Origin: Thermoplasmatota archaeon
Lineage (GTDB): Archaea > Thermoplasmatota > Thermoplasmata > UBA10834
Direction of reading: 5' to 3'
DNA length: 64,000 bases
NCBI GenBank assembly: GCA_963818745.1
Contig: CAWFTI010000001.1
Coordinates: 47,345-111,344, forward strand
Shown: piece after piece, positions 51,297-61,442 of the stretch
Layout of the letters: each line of letters starts with the position of its first letter
How positions within the stretch are numbered: the first letter of the stretch is position 1
The notes under the pieces: model-generated
Databases searched by the model: none
Seen by the model: the letters and a program-made list of their open reading frames with translations, nothing else
What the model was told of the DNA's origin: nothing
Program-made: the position numbers and the translations under genes

Positions 51297-51959
51297 TCAC
51301 AGCCTCTTCATGCCGCCGTCGAGCCACCCAGTGAATGTCTCCCAGGCGTACACGATCCCCTCACGGATGTCGCGGTTCCTGCCGTCCGGGCTGCACTTGC
51401 CTTTTCTAATCCCGTCGAGGACCTCCTCCGCGGTCGAGACATCCTCCATCACCGTATAGGCTCTCCCGACCTCGTGGGCCCTGTGCGCGTCGCTGCCCCC
51501 TGTCTGCGGGATCTTCCTGGCCTCCGCGACCTTGACCGCCTGCCGGTTGCCCCATGAGGAGCTGCCTCCGTTCAACGTCTCGATCGCGTCGAACCTCTCC
51601 TTCGATGCGAGCCTGAGCCCGATCCCGGAAGGGAGCCTCTTTGGGTGCGCGGCAACTGCGACCCCGCCTGCGGCCCTTATCCTGTCGATTGTCTCCGCTA
51701 CGGAGAGGTCCCTCGGGATGATCTCTCGGACACCGTATGCCAGCACGTGGCCCTCGGCCGTCGACACCTCCACCCCTGGAATCGACATCAGGCCCTCGGC
51801 GCGGGCGAGTTCCACCGAGCGCAGAGCGCCCTCGACCGCGTTGTGGTCGGTGATAGCGAACCCCTGCAGGCCCTGCGCCTTGCAGCGCTCGACGATCTCC
51901 TCGACCGTCGCCGCCCCGTCCCTGGAGAACACTGAGTGGATGTGGAGGTCGAGCTTCAT
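51297..51959 (-). CDS. PHP domain metal-dependent phosphoesterase
   Basis: DLHIHS..S.DG, AITDHN, PGVEVST.EGH, AHP, GGSDAH. Confidence 0.92.
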   Translation of the reverse strand: MKLDLHIHSVFSRDGAATVEEIVERCKAQGLQGFAITDHNAVEGALRSVELARAEGLMSIPGVEVSTAEGHVLAYGVREIIPRDLSVAETIDRIRAAGGVAVAAHPKRLPSGIGLRLASKERFDAIETLNGGSSSWGNRQAVKVAEARKIPQTGGSDAHRAHEVGRAYTVMEDVSTAEEVLDGIRKGKCSPDGRNRDIREGIVYAWETFTGWLDGGMKRL

Positions 51960-54163
51960 CGGATCTTCGCACCGACCTGTATGTCCCTGTCGAAGACCAT
52001 CTTGACTTCCTCGGCCGTGTGCAGGACCAAGGCCTTGTCGCCCTGGACGAAGGCCGCGTACTCCCTGCCGGGCTCCCCCTTCGGGACCGTGCATGGCAGC
52101 TTCCTCGAGCCGAGGTCGAGCACGGGCTGCTCGCCGCCGACCAGGAGCCCCGACCTGAGCTCCAGCTTCTGGAACTCCTTGAAGCTGATCTGCTTCTTCG
52201 AGGATGCGATGCCGCTCGAGACCGGGGTGCCCGCTGGAACGTCCTTCTCCGGGGTCACGAGCGCCAGCTTCCCGCCCTCCTCCGCCGCGAGGAGCATGCC
52301 CTCCGATTTCACCCCTCTGAGCATCGCGGGCTCGAGGTTCGTCACGATCACGAGTGTCTTCGTGCTCAGCTCCTCGGCCGTGTAGAACTCCTTCAGGCCG
52401 CTCACGATCGTGATCGGCCTGCCGATGTCGACCTTCATAAGGTACAGCTTGTCGGCGTTCGGGTGCTGCGTGATCTCCAGCACCTTACCGATCTTAAGGT
52501 CCAGGGACGAGAACTGGGAGAACTCGCTCGTGCTCGACACATCGACCTTCGCGAACTGGGGCACGGGCTTTTCCATCCTCGCGCCCTCCTTGAGCGGCAG
52601 GTCGATCCCCTTCCAGCCGACCTCGCCGATGGTGCCGTCCATCCCCAGCTGCTTCCAGATGCTCTCCGAGGAGTAAGGCAGGATGGGCCAGGCCATGACC
52701 GCGAGCGCCTTCGATATCAGCAGGCTGACATGGAGCACGGTCCCGCACCGGTCCTTGTCCGTGCCGATGAGAGACCAGGGGGCGACCGCGTCGAAGTACT
52801 GGTTGCCGTACTGCGCGAGGTCCATGATGCCCTTGAGGGCGGTCCTGAACTGACAGGCCGCGTACGACTCCCTCACCTGCCTCTCGGCCTCCGCGATCCT
52901 CTGGACCGCGGCCCTGTCCCTCTCGTCCAGGTCGCCCTTCCTGGGGATCTCGCCGAAGTTCTTGAACGTGAACGACAGCGCCCTGTGGAGCAGGTTGCCG
53001 TACGTGGCTACGAGCTCGCTGTTGATCCTGAGCGCGAAGTCCTCCCACGAGAACTCCGAGTCCTTCATCTCGGGCATGTTCGCCGTGAGGTAGTACCTGA
53101 TGATGTCCGGCTTGAACTTGGTGAGCAGGTCCGGGATGTCTATGCTTATCCCCATGCTCTTCGAGAACTTCTGCCCGCCCAGGTTCATGTACTGGTTGGC
53201 GACGACATCGTAGGGCAGGTTGAGCCCGCCCACGCCCGTCAGCATGCCCGGCCAGATGACCGTGTGGAACACGATGTTGTCCTTCCCGAGGAAGTAGTAG
53301 CTCCTGCACGTCGGGTCTGTCCAGAACCTGCTCCAGTCGTCCGGCCTGCCCTGGAGCTTCGCCCACTCCTTGGTGGCCGACAGGTACCCGATGACGGCCT
53401 CGAACCACACGTAGATGCGCTTGCTCTCGAAGCCCGGGACCGGGACGGGCACGCCCCACGCGATGTCCCTGGTGATCGGCCTGTCCTTCAGACCTTCCTT
53501 GAGCACGTTGAGTGTGAACGCGCGTACATGAGGGCGCCAGTGGGAGCTGCGCTCCACGTACCCCACGAGGTCCTGCGCGAAGTCCGAGAGCTTGAGGAAG
53601 AAGTGCTCGGTGTCCCTGAGCTCTGGGGTCCCTCCGCAGAGCTGGCACTTCGCCCCTATCAGCTGTTCGGCGTTGAGGTCCATGCCGCACGAGTCGCACT
53701 GGTCGCCCCTGGCACGGTCGTACCCGCAGTGCGGGCACTTGCCCTCGACATACCTGTCCGGGAGGAACCTGCTGCAGCTGTCGCAGAAGAACTGCGGGGT
53801 GGTCCTCTTCTCGAGATGCCCCTTCTCGAGGAGCTTCAGGAAGAACTCCCGGGTCACCTCCTCGTGGTTGGCCGTGTGAGTGTGCGTGAAGAGGTCGAAC
53901 GTGATCCCGAGGTCCGAGATGGCCTTCGAGTTGATCCCGTGGTACCTGTTCGCGATCGTCTCCGGGGGTACCTTCTCCTTGTCGGCGCTCACGGTGATGG
54001 GGGCGCCGTGCATGTCCGAGCCCGAGACCATGACGACCTCGTCCCCGACCATCCTGCTGAACCTTGCAAGGATGTCGCCCGGGAGCAGCGAGCCCGTCAC
54101 GTGACCGACGTGTATCATCCCGTTCGCATAGGGCCATGCCACGCACACAAGAACCCTGGACAT
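51956..54163 (-). CDS. metG: methionine--tRNA ligase
   Basis: AWPYANG.IHVGH, SGSDMHG, Zn knuckles, YVWFEA, KFSKS, C-terminal OB tRNA-binding domain. Confidence 0.97.
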   Translation of the reverse strand: MSRVLVCVAWPYANGMIHVGHVTGSLLPGDILARFSRMVGDEVVMVSGSDMHGAPITVSADKEKVPPETIANRYHGINSKAISDLGITFDLFTHTHTANHEEVTREFFLKLLEKGHLEKRTTPQFFCDSCSRFLPDRYVEGKCPHCGYDRARGDQCDSCGMDLNAEQLIGAKCQLCGGTPELRDTEHFFLKLSDFAQDLVGYVERSSHWRPHVRAFTLNVLKEGLKDRPITRDIAWGVPVPVPGFESKRIYVWFEAVIGYLSATKEWAKLQGRPDDWSRFWTDPTCRSYYFLGKDNIVFHTVIWPGMLTGVGGLNLPYDVVANQYMNLGGQKFSKSMGISIDIPDLLTKFKPDIIRYYLTANMPEMKDSEFSWEDFALRINSELVATYGNLLHRALSFTFKNFGEIPRKGDLDERDRAAVQRIAEAERQVRESYAACQFRTALKGIMDLAQYGNQYFDAVAPWSLIGTDKDRCGTVLHVSLLISKALAVMAWPILPYSSESIWKQLGMDGTIGEVGWKGIDLPLKEGARMEKPVPQFAKVDVSSTSEFSQFSSLDLKIGKVLEITQHPNADKLYLMKVDIGRPITIVSGLKEFYTAEELSTKTLVIVTNLEPAMLRGVKSEGMLLAAEEGGKLALVTPEKDVPAGTPVSSGIASSKKQISFKEFQKLELRSGLLVGGEQPVLDLGSRKLPCTVPKGEPGREYAAFVQGDKALVLHTAEEVKMVFDRDIQVGAKIR

Positions 54164-54278
54164 GTCGACCAGCCGCCCTTCATGGAATGCGCCGCACTTA
54201 AACCTATTGAGTTTTCATATGTCCTGAGTGATAGCCAGAAGGCAAACTCATATACCCGATGAGTGAGATTATCCGGCC

Positions 54279-55775
54279 ATGGCCCCGCTCGAGCTCGGCC
54301 GCCTGAGGCACGACATCGAAGCCTTCCAAGGCGAGATGATGGAGGAATTCTACGCGAACTTCGCAGGGCTCAAGGACGACATGAGCACCGTGGCCATATA
54401 CGACAGGTACGCCCACCTGTTCTCAAAGGACGCGATCGCCGTCGCCGACGAAGCCCTGGACGGGCCCGCGCGCGAGGACGACACGAGGTGGGCGAAGTAC
54501 ATGAAGGCATTCTCCACGATGGGCTACCTCGAGAGCGCAGTGAAGGAGTACACGGACAGGATCAACACGTTCGAGGCGAAGTCCACGGTCGAGTTCGAGG
54601 GAGAGTCCATCCCGTACAGGTTCGTCCCGATCAAGCTCAGGAACGAGCCCGACCACGAGAGGAGGCGCAGGCTGTTCGAGGCGAAGCTCGCCGAGACGGA
54701 CAAGGTCAACGAGATACTGCTCGAGAGGATGACCTTCGTCCACGACATCGCGGGCGAGCTGGGCTTCAAGAACTACAAGGAGATGTGCTCGACCCTGAAA
54801 GGCGTGGACTACAGGGCGTTGGAGGACCAGATGGAGGAGATGCTCCACAGGACCGAGAAGCTCTACGTGACCCACATGGACGGGTTCATGAGGCAGCACA
54901 CGGGCCTCGCGCTCACGGACGCCTGGAGCTACGACATACCCTACGCGTTCAAGGGCGAGGAGTACGACGCGTTCTTCGCCAAGGACAAGCTGGTGGACGC
55001 GTTCTTCGCGACCCTGAGGGCGATGGGCATCGAGCCCGGGAAGTACAAGAACATCACGATAGACACCGAGGAGAGGCCGAAGAAGACCCCGAGGGCGTTC
55101 TGCGCGCCCGTGAAGGTGCCGGAGGATGTCCGGCTGGTGATCAGGCCGGTCGGGGGCTGGAGGGACTACGACGCGTTCTTCCACGAGGGAGGCCACGCGT
55201 GGCACTTCGGGAACACCAGGAAGGACCATCCCGCGGAGTACAGGTACCTCGGGGACAACTCGGTCACGGAGGCCTTCGCGTTCCTGTTCAACTACCTCCC
55301 GTCCAACAGGCTCTGGCTCAAGAAGTTCCTGGGGATGGACGACGCGGACGCGTACATCAAGTTCGTCCAGATCAACAAGCTGATGTTCCTCAGGAGGTAC
55401 GCCTCGAAGCTCGTCTACGAGATGAAGATGCACCAGGGCAAGGTCTCCCGCGATTTCGGGGAGGTCTACAAGAACTGCCTGCAGAAGGGGCTGAGGTTCA
55501 AGCACACGGAGAAGCACTACCTCGAGGACGTCGACGACGCGTTCTACTGCGCGGAGTACCTGAGGGCCTGGATATTCGAGGGACAGCTCAGGGAGGCCCT
55601 GGTCGAGAAGTTCGGGGACGGATGGTTCGAGAACGTGAAGGCGGGGGACTACCTGAGGGAGCTGTGGTCCTACGGCCAGAAGTACACGGCCGACGAGCTC
55701 GTGAAGACCGTCGGGTACGTGGAGCTCGACTTCGAGCCAGTGATATCGGAGATAGAGCGGGCGCTGTCGGAATGA
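54279..55775 (+). CDS. M3/M2-like zinc metallopeptidase (gluzincin)
   Basis: RPKKTPRAFC, FHEGGHAWH, downstream VTEAFAFLF third ligand. Confidence 0.75.
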   Translation: MAPLELGRLRHDIEAFQGEMMEEFYANFAGLKDDMSTVAIYDRYAHLFSKDAIAVADEALDGPAREDDTRWAKYMKAFSTMGYLESAVKEYTDRINTFEAKSTVEFEGESIPYRFVPIKLRNEPDHERRRRLFEAKLAETDKVNEILLERMTFVHDIAGELGFKNYKEMCSTLKGVDYRALEDQMEEMLHRTEKLYVTHMDGFMRQHTGLALTDAWSYDIPYAFKGEEYDAFFAKDKLVDAFFATLRAMGIEPGKYKNITIDTEERPKKTPRAFCAPVKVPEDVRLVIRPVGGWRDYDAFFHEGGHAWHFGNTRKDHPAEYRYLGDNSVTEAFAFLFNYLPSNRLWLKKFLGMDDADAYIKFVQINKLMFLRRYASKLVYEMKMHQGKVSRDFGEVYKNCLQKGLRFKHTEKHYLEDVDDAFYCAEYLRAWIFEGQLREALVEKFGDGWFENVKAGDYLRELWSYGQKYTADELVKTVGYVELDFEPVISEIERALSE

Positions 55776-55815
55776 CCTGATACTTTTTTAAACGGAGCCC
55801 GCCTTCCCCTTGCCG

Positions 55816-57582
55816 ATGAGGATAGCGGCTCTCCTTAAGGACAGGTGTCAGCCCAAGCGGTGCAGTCAGGAGTGCATACGCTACTGCCCGCCCGTCAGGA
55901 CCGGCGTGGAGGCCATCGCCATGGCCGAGTCCGGCAAGCCGGTCATCGCCGAGGACCTCTGCGTGGGGTGCGGCATCTGCGTCCACAAGTGCCCCTTCGA
56001 GGCCATCAAGATCATCGGGCTGCCCCAGGAACTCGTTGGGGAGCTCGTGCACCAGTACGGGAAGAACGCGTTCAGGCTCTACCGGCTGCCCGTGTCGAGG
56101 GCCGGCCAGGTCATAGGCCTGCTGGGGCCGAACGGGATAGGCAAGACCACCGCGATATCCATCCTGTCCGGGCAGGTCGTGCCCAACCTCGGGGACTACG
56201 AGAGGCCGGGCGATTGGAGCAAGGTCCTGGAGAAGTACGCGGGGACCGAGCTCAGGGACTACTTCGCCGCTCTGGCGGACGGGAAGACCAAGACCGCGAT
56301 CAAGCCGCAGTACGTCGACAAGCTCCCGTCGGTGCACAAGGGCACCGTGAAGGACCTGCTCGAGAAGGTGGACGACAGGGACGACCTCGACCGCGTCGCT
56401 GACATGCTCACGATCACAGGAGTCCTCGGGAGGGACATATCGAAGCTCTCGGGCGGGGAGCTGCAGAGGATCGCGATCGCCGCGACCCTGCTCAAGGAGG
56501 TCGATGTGTACTTCTTCGACGAGCCGTCATCGTACCTCGACATCTTCCAGCGGCTCAAGATCGCCAAGGTGATCCAGGACCTGAGCGAGAGGAAGCAGGT
56601 GTTCGTGATAGAGCACGACCTCGCGGTCATGGACTTCCTCTCCGACACGGTGCACATCATGTACGGCTCCGAGGGGGCGTACGGCGTGATGTCCCAGCCC
56701 AGGGCCGTCAGGACGGCCATCAACGTCTACCTCGACGGGTACCTCCGGGAGGAGAACATCAGGTTCAGGGACACGGGGATCAAGTTCGAGAAGCGTCCCC
56801 CGAGGACCGACTGGCAGTCGGAGACCCTCGTCGCTTTCCCCGCGCTGAAGAAGCGGTTCAAGTCTTTCCGCCTCGATGTGTCCAGCGGGGTCATCAAGAA
56901 GGGGGAGGTCGTCGGGGCGGTGGGCCCGAACGCCACTGGCAAGACGACCTTCGTCAAGATGCTCGCGGGGGAGATCGAGCCCACGAGCGGAGAGATCGAG
57001 GGAGAGATCACGGTCAGCTACAAGCCCCAGTACATCAAGCCCGAGTTCGAGGGGAGCGTCAGGGAGATGCTCGCCTCCTCCATCGGGAAGGGCTTCGAGG
57101 CGGGGTTCTTCCAGGCGGAGATATCGCACCCGCTCACGCTCAAGTACCTCCTCGACAAGGACGTGCAGACCCTGTCCGGTGGAGAGCTCCAGAGGGTCGC
57201 GATCGCCGAATGCCTGGGCAGGCAGGCCGACATATACCTGATCGACGAGCCGTCGGCGTACCTGGACTCGTCCCAGAGGATGACCGCCTCCAAGACCATC
57301 AGGAGGGTCATCGAGAAGCTCGGCAAGTCCGCGGTCGTCGTCGACCACGACGTGTACATGATAGACCTCATCGCGGACTCGCTCATGGTGTTCTCAGGCG
57401 TCCCCTCGGAGAGCGGCAAGACGGAAGGGCCGCTGGAGATGCGCGAGGGCATGAACCGCTTCCTGAAGGGTGTCGACATAACCTTCAGGAGGGACCAGGA
57501 CTCGGGAAGGCCGAGGATAAACAAGAAGGACTCCCGCCTGGACAGGGAGCAGAAGAGCAAGGGCGAGTACTACTACGGTTGA
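55816..57582 (+). CDS. abce1: ribosome recycling ATPase ABCE1/RLI
   Basis: N-terminal Fe-S CQPKRC..EC..YCP / CVGCGICVHKCPF; two NBDs with LSGGELQR; C-terminal RPRINK..S.LD.EQK..GEYYY. Confidence 0.97.
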   Translation: MRIAALLKDRCQPKRCSQECIRYCPPVRTGVEAIAMAESGKPVIAEDLCVGCGICVHKCPFEAIKIIGLPQELVGELVHQYGKNAFRLYRLPVSRAGQVIGLLGPNGIGKTTAISILSGQVVPNLGDYERPGDWSKVLEKYAGTELRDYFAALADGKTKTAIKPQYVDKLPSVHKGTVKDLLEKVDDRDDLDRVADMLTITGVLGRDISKLSGGELQRIAIAATLLKEVDVYFFDEPSSYLDIFQRLKIAKVIQDLSERKQVFVIEHDLAVMDFLSDTVHIMYGSEGAYGVMSQPRAVRTAINVYLDGYLREENIRFRDTGIKFEKRPPRTDWQSETLVAFPALKKRFKSFRLDVSSGVIKKGEVVGAVGPNATGKTTFVKMLAGEIEPTSGEIEGEITVSYKPQYIKPEFEGSVREMLASSIGKGFEAGFFQAEISHPLTLKYLLDKDVQTLSGGELQRVAIAECLGRQADIYLIDEPSAYLDSSQRMTASKTIRRVIEKLGKSAVVVDHDVYMIDLIADSLMVFSGVPSESGKTEGPLEMREGMNRFLKGVDITFRRDQDSGRPRINKKDSRLDREQKSKGEYYYG

Positions 57583-58245
57583 GGGGCCTTCTCCTCGGGC
57601 GCCCCATCCTTCGAACGGTTGTTCCTGAGCTTCACGACATACCAGACGATCAGCACGACCACCGCACCTATGACCACGACGTCCAGGCTGCGGAACACGG
57701 ACTCGATGTCCCGCCACCTCGGGCCGAGCCAGTAGCCGATGTACGCGAGCATGAACGTCCAGGGCACGGAGCCGACGAAGCTGTAGAACACGAACTTCTT
57801 GAAGTTCATCTTGGCGATCCCTGCGGGCAGGGATATCACGGTCCGGATGACTGGCAGCAGCCTGCTGATGAACGTGGCCGCGTCGCCGTACTTCGCGAAC
57901 CACTTCTCCGCCATCACGAGATGCTTCTCGCGGAGGAGGATGTACTTGCCGTACTTGAGCACGAACGGCCGGCCGGCGTACAAGCCGACGACGTAGGCCG
58001 CAATCGACCCGACGGTGCAGCCGAACGCACCGGCTAGGGTCACCCCGAGCAGGGACATGACGGTGCCGTCGTAGTTCAGGTCGGTCTCCGCCTGGTAGAC
58101 CAGGTACCCTGAGAACGGCATGACGATCTCGCTCGGCACCGGCATGCACGCGCTCTCCAGGGCCATGAGAAGAACAATTCCCGCGTAGCCCAGAGGAGGA
58201 TATCCAGTCGAGAATGAGGTTGATGCCCCATTCGACGATGCTCAT
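57573..58245 (-). CDS. DedA family membrane protein (frameshift ~58190)
   Basis: MALESAC.PVPSEIVMPFSG, WFAKYG, SRLLPVIRT.ISLPAG. Confidence 0.9.
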
Positions 58246-58333
58246 GGGGGCTCCGTAAACCCTGGGACTTAAAAAGGATTGGGGTAAGAGAGATGGAAAG
58301 CCTATTTGTACGACATGCCTGCTTCGAAGACCC

Positions 58334-59224
58334 ATGAGGCTGGCGGGCATACCGGAGAGCTACAGCGCGATGATGCTCCTGGGGCTCGTCCTCGGGCTCG
58401 CCGCGGGGGGCTTCCCCGTGCTCACCAAGGAGATCTCGATGGGCTCCCTCGCCCTCCTGATGACCATCTCGCTCTCGAACGTGAGGCTGGCCGAGACTAG
58501 GGGGAGGGGTCATGTCCGAGACGCCGCTCTGGCCCTGGCCATCAACTACGGAGTGCTCACGGGGATCATACTGCTGTTCGGCTCGTTCTTCGAGCGGGAC
58601 ATCTGGTGGGGATGGGTGCTCATGGCCGCGGCGCCCTCCGCGATCTCGGTCGTGCCCTTCACGAGCATCCTGGGAGGGAAGACCTCGAGGGCGCTGTTCT
58701 CGACCGCCGCGAACTATCTGGCAGCGCTCGGGCTGATGCCGATGATCTCGCTCCTGCTCATAGGCTCGGCGGTCTCCGTCGAGAGCCTCGTGACATCCCT
58801 GCTGCTGCTCATCGTGCTCCCCATGATCCTCTCGAGGCTGGTGATGAGGTTCAGGATCGGGAAGAGGCAGAGCACGGTGGTCATGAACTTCTCCTTCGCG
58901 ATACTCATCTTCGCGGTCGCAGGAGCGAACAGGGACGCGTTCCTCGGGGACCCGCTCCTCGTGCTGGCCATCTCGGCGGTATGCGTCGTGCGCACCTTCG
59001 GAACTGGGCTGGGGACGGAGTTCGTCCTGCGATATCTGCGCGTGCCCAAGGAGGAGCGCGTGTCGAACGTGCTCTTCGCCAGCTACAAGAACCTGGGGCT
59101 CACGGCGACCCTCGCGATCGCGCTCTTCGAGCCGGTCGTCGCGGTGCCGGCGACGATCTGCATCGTGTTCGAGGTCGTGTGGGTCATCTTCCTGCTCAGG
59201 TACTATCCCCGCGTCCCCGCCTGA
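58334..59224 (+). CDS. bile acid:sodium symporter-like transporter
   Basis: ~10 TM; MAAAPSAISVVPFT.ILGG; YKNLGL. Confidence 0.8.
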   Translation: MRLAGIPESYSAMMLLGLVLGLAAGGFPVLTKEISMGSLALLMTISLSNVRLAETRGRGHVRDAALALAINYGVLTGIILLFGSFFERDIWWGWVLMAAAPSAISVVPFTSILGGKTSRALFSTAANYLAALGLMPMISLLLIGSAVSVESLVTSLLLLIVLPMILSRLVMRFRIGKRQSTVVMNFSFAILIFAVAGANRDAFLGDPLLVLAISAVCVVRTFGTGLGTEFVLRYLRVPKEERVSNVLFASYKNLGLTATLAIALFEPVVAVPATICIVFEVVWVIFLLRYYPRVPA

Positions 59225-59729
59225 AGAAATTCCCCTGCGAGAACACGCCCGACCAATAGGACCCCACGTGCCTCAGATAACCTCTGAACGTCGCGTCCTC
59301 TCTGAGCTCGGCCCAGCGCGAGTAGCCCACGAACAGTATGCCCGCGAACGCCCCCGCGAACATGACAGCCTCGATAGGGTTCGTGTAGTCGATCAGCTCG
59401 TTCTGGAGCTCGTCGATCGAAACATGGACGGCCCAGAAGGTCAGAGGGATCATGTACCGCCATCCGACCGCCAGGGGCCCGATGATGGCCGCTCCGACGG
59501 GGTAATGCAGGAGGGATTTCCAGGGCAGCCCTGATTCGTCGTCCCAGGTCGGCCGGAAGATGGCGGTCCAGCCGTTGTCGTCCACGTACCTGGGCAGCGC
59601 GAAGAGGTGGTCGGCGTCTATGATGACGCCGAACGTGAGGGCCGCGAACCACTCGTCCCGGTTGAGGTTGAGCAGCAGCCCCATCAGCACCGCTATGACC
59701 AGATGCGTGGTCGTCAGCACTTGAACCAT
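59196..59729 (-). CDS. membrane protein, YdjM-like metal-dependent hydrolase pattern
   Basis: TH...IDADH...LLH...H..ID pattern among TM helices. Confidence 0.6.
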   Translation of the reverse strand: MVQVLTTTHLVIAVLMGLLLNLNRDEWFAALTFGVIIDADHLFALPRYVDDNGWTAIFRPTWDDESGLPWKSLLHYPVGAAIIGPLAVGWRYMIPLTFWAVHVSIDELQNELIDYTNPIEAVMFAGAFAGILFVGYSRWAELREDATFRGYLRHVGSYWSGVFSQGNFFRRGRGDST

Positions 59730-59826
59730 TCATCCCTTCGGCGCGGGCGCGCGCCTCCGAGGGGACGATAGCATGCACTAGATATCTTTTCGTTTCGCCG
59801 TCGGTCTCGGCGGGCGCCCCGGGCCC

Positions 59827-59886
59827 TTAATAACCTCGTGATACAGGGACCGGGCGCGTTATTAACTGCGGCGATATTCTTATTAA
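59827..59886 (+). promoter_or_regulatory. AT-rich inverted repeat/promoter upstream of cbiM (possible metal-regulator site)
   Basis: TTAATAAC (59827-59834) / GTTATTAA (59858-59865); a further TTATTAA at 59880-59886. Confidence 0.4.
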
Positions 59887-59916
59887 ACATGCCTGTGCTC
59901 GGTCGCCCAGGGTAGA

Positions 59917-60600
59917 ATGGCACACATACACCTGGAGGATGGCGCGCTCGCACCCGAATGGGTGCTGCTCTGGTCTGCCGTTGCGGGAGCGATGGTGGCC
60001 CTCGCGCTGTTCATGCTCAACAGGACCACCATCACGACCAGGAAGCTGGCGATAGCGGCCATGTGCACCTCGGTCGGGTTCGCCGTGTTCATGGTGAGCA
60101 TCCCCGTCTTCGGGGGCGTGCACCTGAACCTCACACCCCTCATCGGCATACTCGCCGGTCCGGCCCTGGGCAGCCTATCAGTCCTTGCGATAAACGTGTT
60201 CAGCGCGGCAGTTGGACACGGGGGCTGGGGCATGATCGGGGTGAACACAGTGGTGAACATCACCGAGGTGTTCCTCGGCTACTACGCCTACAGGCTCCTC
60301 AGGTCGAAGGCGGACAGGTTCCTCTCGGGGCTCGTGGGCACCGTGTGCGCGCTCGGCGTGAGCGCGGTCCTGGTCGTGCTGATCGTGACGATCTCCGGCA
60401 TCCAGGACTCGGCCGCCACTCAGGAGCAGACCTTCGACAACATGGCGCTCATCGCGGTGGTCAACTTGGTCGTCGCAATAATCGAAGGGCTGGTCACCGC
60501 ATATGTGATCACGTTCATAGGCAGGGTGCGGCCAGACCTGCTGGCCGATGCCGAGCGGGCGCTCCGGCCGAAGCCCGCCCCCACCCCCGCGGAGGCGTGA
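59917..60600 (+). CDS. cbiM: Co/Ni ECF transporter substrate-binding component CbiM/NikM
   Basis: N-terminal MAHIHLEDG, HLNLTPLIGILAGP, GHGGWG.IG.N, IEG.VT. Confidence 0.9.
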   Translation: MAHIHLEDGALAPEWVLLWSAVAGAMVALALFMLNRTTITTRKLAIAAMCTSVGFAVFMVSIPVFGGVHLNLTPLIGILAGPALGSLSVLAINVFSAAVGHGGWGMIGVNTVVNITEVFLGYYAYRLLRSKADRFLSGLVGTVCALGVSAVLVVLIVTISGIQDSAATQEQTFDNMALIAVVNLVVAIIEGLVTAYVITFIGRVRPDLLADAERALRPKPAPTPAEA

Positions 60601-60611
60601 GAGGGAGCGAC

Positions 60612-61442
60612 ATGTCCCGCAGGAGCTACTCGAAGCACATCCCGGACTTCCGGTTCATCACTCACTTCGCCGAGACCGGCTCGAGCCCCGTGCACAGGAT
60701 GAACCCCTGGACCAAGGTCACGCTCCTATTCTTCGTCGTCGCTCTCGCGACTGTGCTGACCGAGCCCCTGCACCTGACGGTCCTCTTCGCCGCGACCCTG
60801 CTGTTCTACGCCTCGGGGAAGTTGCCGATCCGGGTGCTCATAGGCTGGTTCACGTTCCCGGTCATGTTCGTGCTCACGATCGCCATCATGTTCGTGTTCA
60901 CCGAGCCGGGGACCGACCTCGCAAGGTTCGACGTCCTGGGGACGTCGGTCGGCATCACCGACCAGGGGGTGCTCGTCCTCGCGAAGCTGACCGTCAGGGC
61001 CCTCGCGGTCGTCACATTCTCCCTTGCAGTGTTCATGACCACCAAGTACGCGCATGTCGCGCACATGATGCACAGGACGATGCCGGGGCACCTGGCGACC
61101 GTGTTCCTTCTATCGTACAGGTTCATGTTCGTGACGACGGACGAGGTCACGGACGTCCTCGACGCGATGCACTCGAGGAACGGCAGCCTGGCGAAAGGGG
61201 TCGCGAGACAGACGGGCATGTTCGCGGGGATATTCGGCCTGGCGTTCGTCCACGCCTTCGAGAGGGCCGAGCGGATCGCGAAGGCCATGGAATCGAGGGG
61301 GTTCACGGGGAGGCTGCCGGTCGCGGACTCGTGCGGCAGGCCCTCGGCGAGGGGATATGCGTTGATCATGTCATCGGCCGTGCTCCTGGCACTGGCCGCA
61401 TATGCGAGATATTTCGACCCGGTGGTACCCGGGTGGTGGTGA
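60612..61442 (+). CDS. cbiQ: ECF transporter T component CbiQ
   Basis: SPVHRMNPWTK, LSYRFMF, FERAERIAKAMESRGF. Confidence 0.9.
   Translation: MSRRSYSKHIPDFRFITHFAETGSSPVHRMNPWTKVTLLFFVVALATVLTEPLHLTVLFAATLLFYASGKLPIRVLIGWFTFPVMFVLTIAIMFVFTEPGTDLARFDVLGTSVGITDQGVLVLAKLTVRALAVVTFSLAVFMTTKYAHVAHMMHRTMPGHLATVFLLSYRFMFVTTDEVTDVLDAMHSRNGSLAKGVARQTGMFAGIFGLAFVHAFERAERIAKAMESRGFTGRLPVADSCGRPSARGYALIMSSAVLLALAAYARYFDPVVPGWW

Noticed and set aside
52019-54262. Very long antisense or alternate-frame ORFs (e.g. 747 aa opposite metG; also 11681..13261, 23212..24561, 45421..46707)
   Set aside because: Shadow ORFs caused by high GC3 codon bias; no recognisable motifs, and they overlap confident genes.
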